Of a stretch of 64,000 nt of DNA, positions 57,560 to 64,000 are shown in pieces (within the stretch, counting starts at the first letter, position 1; every line of letters begins with the position of its first letter). A program made the translations under genes and the position numbers. Below the pieces are notes generated by a model. The model saw only the letters and a list, made by a program, of their open reading frames with translations. It ran no database searches and was not told where the DNA came from. The stretch lies in the NCBI GenBank assembly GCA_951406725.2, contig OX597819.1, forward strand, positions 63,984,001-64,048,000, read 5' to 3'. Source of the DNA: Octopus vulgaris (Eukaryota).

Positions 57560-60370
57560 GCAAGTCTCACAGATAGTGAAATAGCTGCGATGATGTCCGT
57601 GGCGGGAAATGACCTAAATATAAACAATAAGGAAACGAATGACCAGACGAAGAGAACAAGTCTCCACGAGTCTCAACTGAAAGACAGCCATCTGAACAGA
57701 ACACGCAAACGTTTGGAGAAATAAATTGTAATGGACCCGATAAAGATAGCGAGAAAAATGTTAAAAGAAATAATTTTTGAAGACTACACATTTGCTGAAA
57801 ACACAGAGAATATATAATAGAACTGAAGCAGAAAATCCCGAATAAGTTGTAAGACACACCAATATGCATTATAATAAACCACTTCATAAGCTCTCATATA
57901 CAATCCAAAATATAAAAATTAAAATTGGAAGCTATGTAACAAAAGAAATTGTACAAGAGCTAAAACCAGATCTAACTGAATTAAGTCAAATTATTTACGT
58001 AGCTTGCTAAGACAATTGAAACCAGTTGTATGCCTCTGGAAAAAAACCTCAAAGAAATAGAAATCTGAGGAGAATTCCAAACTGGAAAAGAAATTGAAAA
58101 ATATATTGAAATAATGAGAGGCGAAATATCATCAATATTGAATGTACTAATCTCTGGAAACAATGTAAAAAAAGGAAGAAATATATAGAGAAAAAATAGA
58201 TTCCACCAAGCGAAGAACTGCTTTCAGCAAAAGAAACACTGCAACAAAATATTGAAATCAAATTTCCCCAAAGCTATCGGCTCATAACATATCTATCTGG
58301 CAAATATAAAATTTTGACATGCATCTTCGTGAAGAAAACATACACATTTATGGAACAAACCAATAATTTACCCACTGAATATAAACGGTGGTGACGAGGG
58401 TCATATGCATGCAAAGACCAACTCTTAATCAATCTCATGATCATTAAGAACTGCCATAGCAAATGCAGAAATCTCAGTTCTGTATGGATTGATTATAAAA
58501 AGGCCTTCGACAGCATACTGCATTCATGAATCTTGAAATCGCTGGATATCCTTAAATTTTCTCCTGTGATTTCAAGCTTCCTGAAGCACAACTTGTCAAT
58601 GAGGAATACAAATTTTGAATTATACCACTCTAATGTAGTACCGGCCGCAAAAAATATTAATATCAACTGCAGCATTTTCCAAGGTGACTCATTTTCATCT
58701 TTCATTTTCTGCATAGCCATAATACTCGTTGCAAGTGAACTCAAAAGAACAGAATATGGATATAAAATTTGCGACAAGAAATAAGTCCTATATTATATAT
58801 GGATGACTTAAAACGCGTTGGCAATGAGGATAATGAGCTTGAAGGACTATTGCGTACTGTAAAGTCATTCAGTGATGACATCGGGACGAAATTTGGTCTT
58901 GATGAATGTGCCAAGGCCACATTCCAGAAAGGGAAACTAAAGACCTCACTGTCAGTGGTATTGGATGTTCATACATTCATAAAAATCTCGAGCAGGAACA
59001 TTCATAGAAATTCCTAGGAATAAATGAGGTCTCCAGAATTCAAAATGCAGGTATGAAAGAGAAGATGAAGAATGAGTGTCACAGGAGAGTTCCAGCAGTC
59101 ATAAAATCCGAATTAAATGCATGTAACAAGGTGTTACCTATAAATTCCTCAGCAGAGCCTGTTGTAATTTACAGTTTCAATATGTTGAGCTGGAATATGA
59201 GCGAATTTAAGAAGTTGGACAAGAGAATCTGTAAGCTGCTTACTTTCAAAAAGATGCATCACACAAAAAGCAGTCATCTTTACCTCCCCAGAGCTCAAGG
59301 AGACCGATGTATGATCTAATTTGAAATCGCATAAAGGAAGTGCAGCAACTGTACTTGCAAAAGTTTGAAATCAATAGCAAAGCAAAATACGCTTGAACAA
59401 CTGGCTCATAGGTGTGAACGAGAACCTCTGCATGGCAAATATGTACCCCGTAGCAATAAAACTTATGTAGACCGGAAACACCCAGCAGTGGCTACGGAAC
59501 TCAGGGTTAAAGGCAGAGAGTGACGGCTTAATGCCCAAGATCAGAGTTTTTTGACCCAGAACTATTAAGCCAATGTGATGTAAATGGTGTAGACCCAAAG
59601 TGACTATACTGCAACAATGGGATAGAAACAGTCAATCACTTAATCCCTAGATGTAAAGCTTTAGCACCTGCTAAGTACAAATCAAGACATGATAGAGATG
59701 GCCAACATCTACATTGGATAATGTGTCGGCATTACAAAATCAAAACTACTGACAAATTGTACAATCACCACCTTGCAGCTGTAACTGAAGAAGAAAATTT
59801 TAACTCTTCGTTGGAACTTCCCAGTATGTACAGGTAACTAAACCAGATATTATTATGAAAGACAAAAGCAATAACGTTTGTTTATTGATTGATATGAACA
59901 TAACCTGTGACCATAATATCTTGGAAAAATAATTTGATAAGCTTAGAAAATATAAAGATGAGCAAATGGAAATCGAAATGATGTGGTATCTCAAGACGGT
60001 TACAATACCAGTGATTGTAGAAGTACTTGGCGGGATCAGAAAAGGAAAAGGAAATTATTTAAGGATGAACCCTGGCTTGCCATCCATGCAGGAACGCAAA
60101 AGATTTTCGTATCAGTTACGTCAAACGTATTGAAAAGAACATTGTCGCTGTAAATTTACTTTCGTTTTCTCCCATATATTATATTAGTTTATTTTACAAC
60201 TTTTTCATATATTTTCCTTTTTGTCTCGGTCTTCTCCTTTTTTTCTATCAAACGACTAAGTGAACAATATGTTGTGCTTATTTTAATGGTCTACCAATGT
60301 ATACAATACGTTACTATGCTCTAGATGTCAGGAAGACATTCGGCAGGAAATGGAAGCAGAATCGAAAGAC
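57560..60370 (+). mobile_element. Dong/R4 copy D5, D1-like, with internal deletions
   Basis: Begins at LTDSEI; colinear with D1 (KKAFDS, IFQGDS, YMDDLK, WLRNSGLKAESDG); large deletions near 58270 and 59370; D1-like 3' UTR. Confidence 0.88.
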
Positions 60371-60434
60371 GATGCATGTGAAAATGATGATGATGCTAAC
60401 AACAACAACAACAATAATAATAATAATAATAATC

Positions 60435-60972
60435 ATACTGCCCTGATGATGTACAAAGCACTGGATCTCATCGACTCCGATCTTTACGGTTGGAAGTTTT
60501 ATGAAGTACATTGATTGGACTTCGTATAAAAGATATGCTACAGCAAATATTCTGCTCACTACCAGAGATTTGCTTGTCAGTTGCTTGGCCTCAATGAGTT
60601 GAGCATATGTGCATCGCTGATCACAAGCATAAAAAGGTGGGGAGCATCATAGTCATGTGTTGAGACGAATTCTTTGAAGTTTCAATAATTCACCTCTGTA
60701 AACAGAAATGTTTCGTTCAACATCCTTAAACAACTCTTATTCAAGGACAGTTGAGCGGGATGATCTAATGGACCTGAAGAAAATACTAACTGGGCCCACC
60801 TGCAAAGTAATGCGTTGTTTAACTTAATATGAAATTACCATGTCGCGGACATGTTTGTGATGCATGTGCCTGGTGTACGCTTATCAGACGGGTAGTCATG
60901 GTGTATATATTGAGCTTCACATATACGTACCCCATTTTTACTTTGATTGCTTGCGCTGCTCGCTCACTCAGT
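60435..60972 (+). repeat. Unassigned ~540 bp insert between (TAA)n tracts, probably another retroposon
   Basis: Non-simple sequence bounded by TAA tracts; no Dong peptide motifs recognised. Confidence 0.4.
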
Positions 60973-61088
60973 AATAATAATAATAATAATATTAATAATA
61001 ATAATAATAATAATAATAATTCGAAGAAGAAGAAGAAGAAGAAGAAGAAGAAGAAGAAGAAGAAGAAGAAGAAGAAGAAGAAGAAGAA

Positions 61089-61788
61089 ACTATAGACCAC
61101 CTAATCTCAGGGTGTAGAGTCTTAGCACATGTGGAATATAAAGCAAGACATGACAGAGTCGGTCAGTATTTACACTGGACAATATGTTGGCATTATAAAA
61201 TCAAAACCGCTGACAAATGATATAAACACCATCCTGAAGCTGTGACTGAGGGAGAAAATACGTCGTTTCTATGAGGCTTCCCTGTACTTCCCCGACAAAA
61301 CTATAAAAGCTAATAAACCGTATATTATTATAAAAGATCAGACAAAAAGGTGTGTTTATTAATTGACATGAGTATTCCTTGCGATCACAATATACCGGCA
61401 AAAGAATTTGACAAGATCAGTAAACCTAAAGACTTCCTAATAGAAATTGAAAATATGTGTTATCTCAAGGCGACTACAGTACCAGTGATTGTAGGATCTC
61501 TAGGAATGATAAAAGAATGTACCGGACCCTGTTTGAAAATGATACCAGGTTTACCATCCCTACAGGAAGTGCAATAAAATCGTGTTAACTGGAACGGCTC
61601 ACATACTGAGAAGAGCATTATCGCTGTGAAAACGTCCATTCATGAATTTATTTATTTATTGTTTTTAAATACATATTTTACCGGTGAATTTGCATGTGTA
61701 ATCTGGGAATGCATTCAATGAGCTTCTCTGACCTAGGTGTACGTAAAACACTCGGCGAGAAACGGAAGAAAATTTGAAGAAAGAAGGA
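61089..61788 (+). mobile_element. Dong/R4 3' fragment D6
   Basis: ETIDHLISGC, YKARHDRVGQYLHW, HHPEAVTEG, CLLIDMSIPCDHNI, VPVIVGSLG; follows (TAA)n(GAA)n. Confidence 0.9.
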
Positions 61789-61814
61789 ATAATAATAACA
61801 ATAATAATAATAAC

Positions 61815-61880
<66 letters not shown>

Positions 61881-61884
<4 letters not shown>

Positions 61885-63552
61885 GAAAAGTTGAAGCAAG
61901 ATATCCTTGCCAAAGCACAAAGGATCCAACCCCAAAAAGTTCTACCAAGAACTTGGCAAAAATAAAAATAAAATAGAAATCACTACAGCACCAACGGCAG
62001 AAGAAGTGGAAGAATTCTGGAGAGAAATATGGTCGGCGAACGAACAACAAAAAAAAAGAAGTATCAAAACAACAAACTCAGCATCTGAGCAACTTTGGAC
62101 CCCCATAACAACTGAAGAGGTCACCCAGACACTGCAAAGACTAAGCAACTGGAAGGCACCTGGGCATGACAAGATCCCCAACTTCTGGTAGAAATATCTA
62201 ACAGGAATGCACAAAAAGCTGGCTGAAAACTTTAACAGCATGCTAGCAGAGCCAGAGACAATGTCTGAATGGCTCACGAAGGGGGAAAACCATTTTAATA
62301 CCCAAATCAAATGGGACAGCAAAACCAGAAAACTACAGACCAATAACCTGTCTCCCTACAATATACAAGGCACTTACTGCAGTGTTATCGCAAAGGTTCA
62401 ACAAGCACCTGGACGAAAACAACCTGTTTCCAGAAGAACAGAAAGGATGCCGCAAAGGCTCATATGGCTGTAAAGATCAACTAATGATTAATAAAGCCAT
62501 AACTGAAGACAGCCACAGAAAGAAGAAAGGCCTCAGTATGGCCTGGATCGATTGCAAAAACGCGTTTGATAGCATCCCCCCACACATGGATCCTCGAAAC
62601 ACTAGCTATTAACAAAGTATTACCAACCCTTATAAAATTCATAGGGCGCTCTATGAATAAATGGCAAACCGTGCTACAGCTCCAAACAAAAGAGGGACTC
62701 ATGAAAACCAAAGCAATCCCCATTAGAAGATGAATATTCCAGGGAGACACTCTCTCTCCACTCCTTTTCTGCTTGGCACTGTCACCTCTATCTGATATGC
62801 TAAATAGAACTGGATGCGGATATAAATGTTACGGCAAAATGATCAGCCACCTTTTATATATGGATGACCTAAAATTATACGCTGCAAATGACAAACAGCT
62901 GGAAACACTATTAAAGACAGTTCATGGATTTACCAAAGAAATAGATATGAAATTTGGATTAGAAAAATGCGCCAAAGTAACCATGAAAAGAGGAAAACTA
63001 GTTAAGAGTAACAACATCACACTAGATAAAACCAGTGAAATAAAAGAATTAGATCAAAGCCAAACTTACAAATAATTAGGAATACATGAACTAGATAAGA
63101 CACAACACACACAAATGAAAGAGAAAATTTTAAAAAATATTATAGACGAGTTAGATCAATACTAAAAACAGAGCTCAATGCTAAAAACAAGATAATAGGT
63201 ATTAACACTTTAGCTGTCCCAGTTATAAGTTACAGCTACAATATCCTTAACTGGACACTAAATGAACTGACCAAAATAGATAGGAAAACAAGAAAAATAA
63301 TGACAGGGTCTAGGATGCATCACCCAAAATCTGACATAGAAAGACTATATATACTACGTATAGAAGGTGGTAGAGGCCTTATACAGCTGGAAAACTACTA
63401 TAAAATAACCACCATAGGACTGCAAAAATATCTACTTCAGAAGGAAGGAAAACTGATACAAATAGCGGCAAAACACCAGCAAAACAAAAAAACTGTTCTC
63501 AGTATTTAAGGAAGCTGACAAATACAAACAAGAAATCATACCACCTAATAAA

Positions 63553-63583
<31 letters not shown>

Positions 63584-64000
63584 AAGAAGAAGAAGAAGAA
63601 GAAGAAGAAGAAGAAGAAGAAGAAGAAGAAGAAGAAAATGAAGAAACAACAAAGGCTATAAAACAAATGAAATCCAAACTAAAACAGAACAGCAACGAAC
63701 CATGATAAAACGATGGCAAGAAAAGCCCCTTCATGGTAAATACTGGACTAAACTAAACGCAAATGAAATAGACAAAGAAAAATCCCAGCAATGGTTGAGA
63801 AGCTCAGGACTCAAAGCAGAGACAGAGGGATTTTTAATTGCAGCACAAGACCAAAGCCTCCCCACCAGAAGTTACCAAAAACATGTAATGAAAAGAAATA
63901 TAACAAGTAACTGCAGAATATGTGGAGATGGACAAGAAACAATAAATCATATTATCTCTGGCTGCCCAATCCTAGCTAAGAAGGAATATATTCACAGACA
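61881..64000 (+). mobile_element. Dong/R4 copy D7, distinct subfamily, runs off the window end
   Basis: NWKAPGHDKIPNFW, NYRPITCL, EQKGCRKGSYGCKDQL, FQGDTLSPL, HLLYMDDLKLY, HHPKSDIERLY, WLRSSGLKAETEG, CRICG; frameshifts and stops. Confidence 0.92.
63555..63635. repeat. (GAA)n tract inside D7
   Basis: Directly visible. Confidence 0.95.

Overview
Eukaryotic, AT-rich, microsatellite-saturated DNA. The SINE, Penelope and Dong repertoire suggests a coleoid cephalopod, probably Octopus (inference, not tested). No intact host gene is recognisable, and almost all listed ORFs are translations of (TA)n, (CA)n, (GATA)n or (TAA)n tracts. The first ~43 kb holds three tRNA-derived SINE families, a 5'-truncated CR1/L2-group LINE whose 3' tail matches one SINE family, mariner and pogo relics, Penelope-like element (PLE) fragments, several hammerhead-ribozyme motifs (one fully canonical at 7621-7710, minus strand) and a ~2.2 kb palindrome. 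The last ~20 kb (44.2-64 kb) is an array of at least eight co-oriented R4/Dong-type (RT + CCHC + restriction-like endonuclease) non-LTR retrotransposon copies from several subfamilies, mostly bounded by (TAA)n-type tracts. One copy is near full length, and several share a 3' stem-loop.
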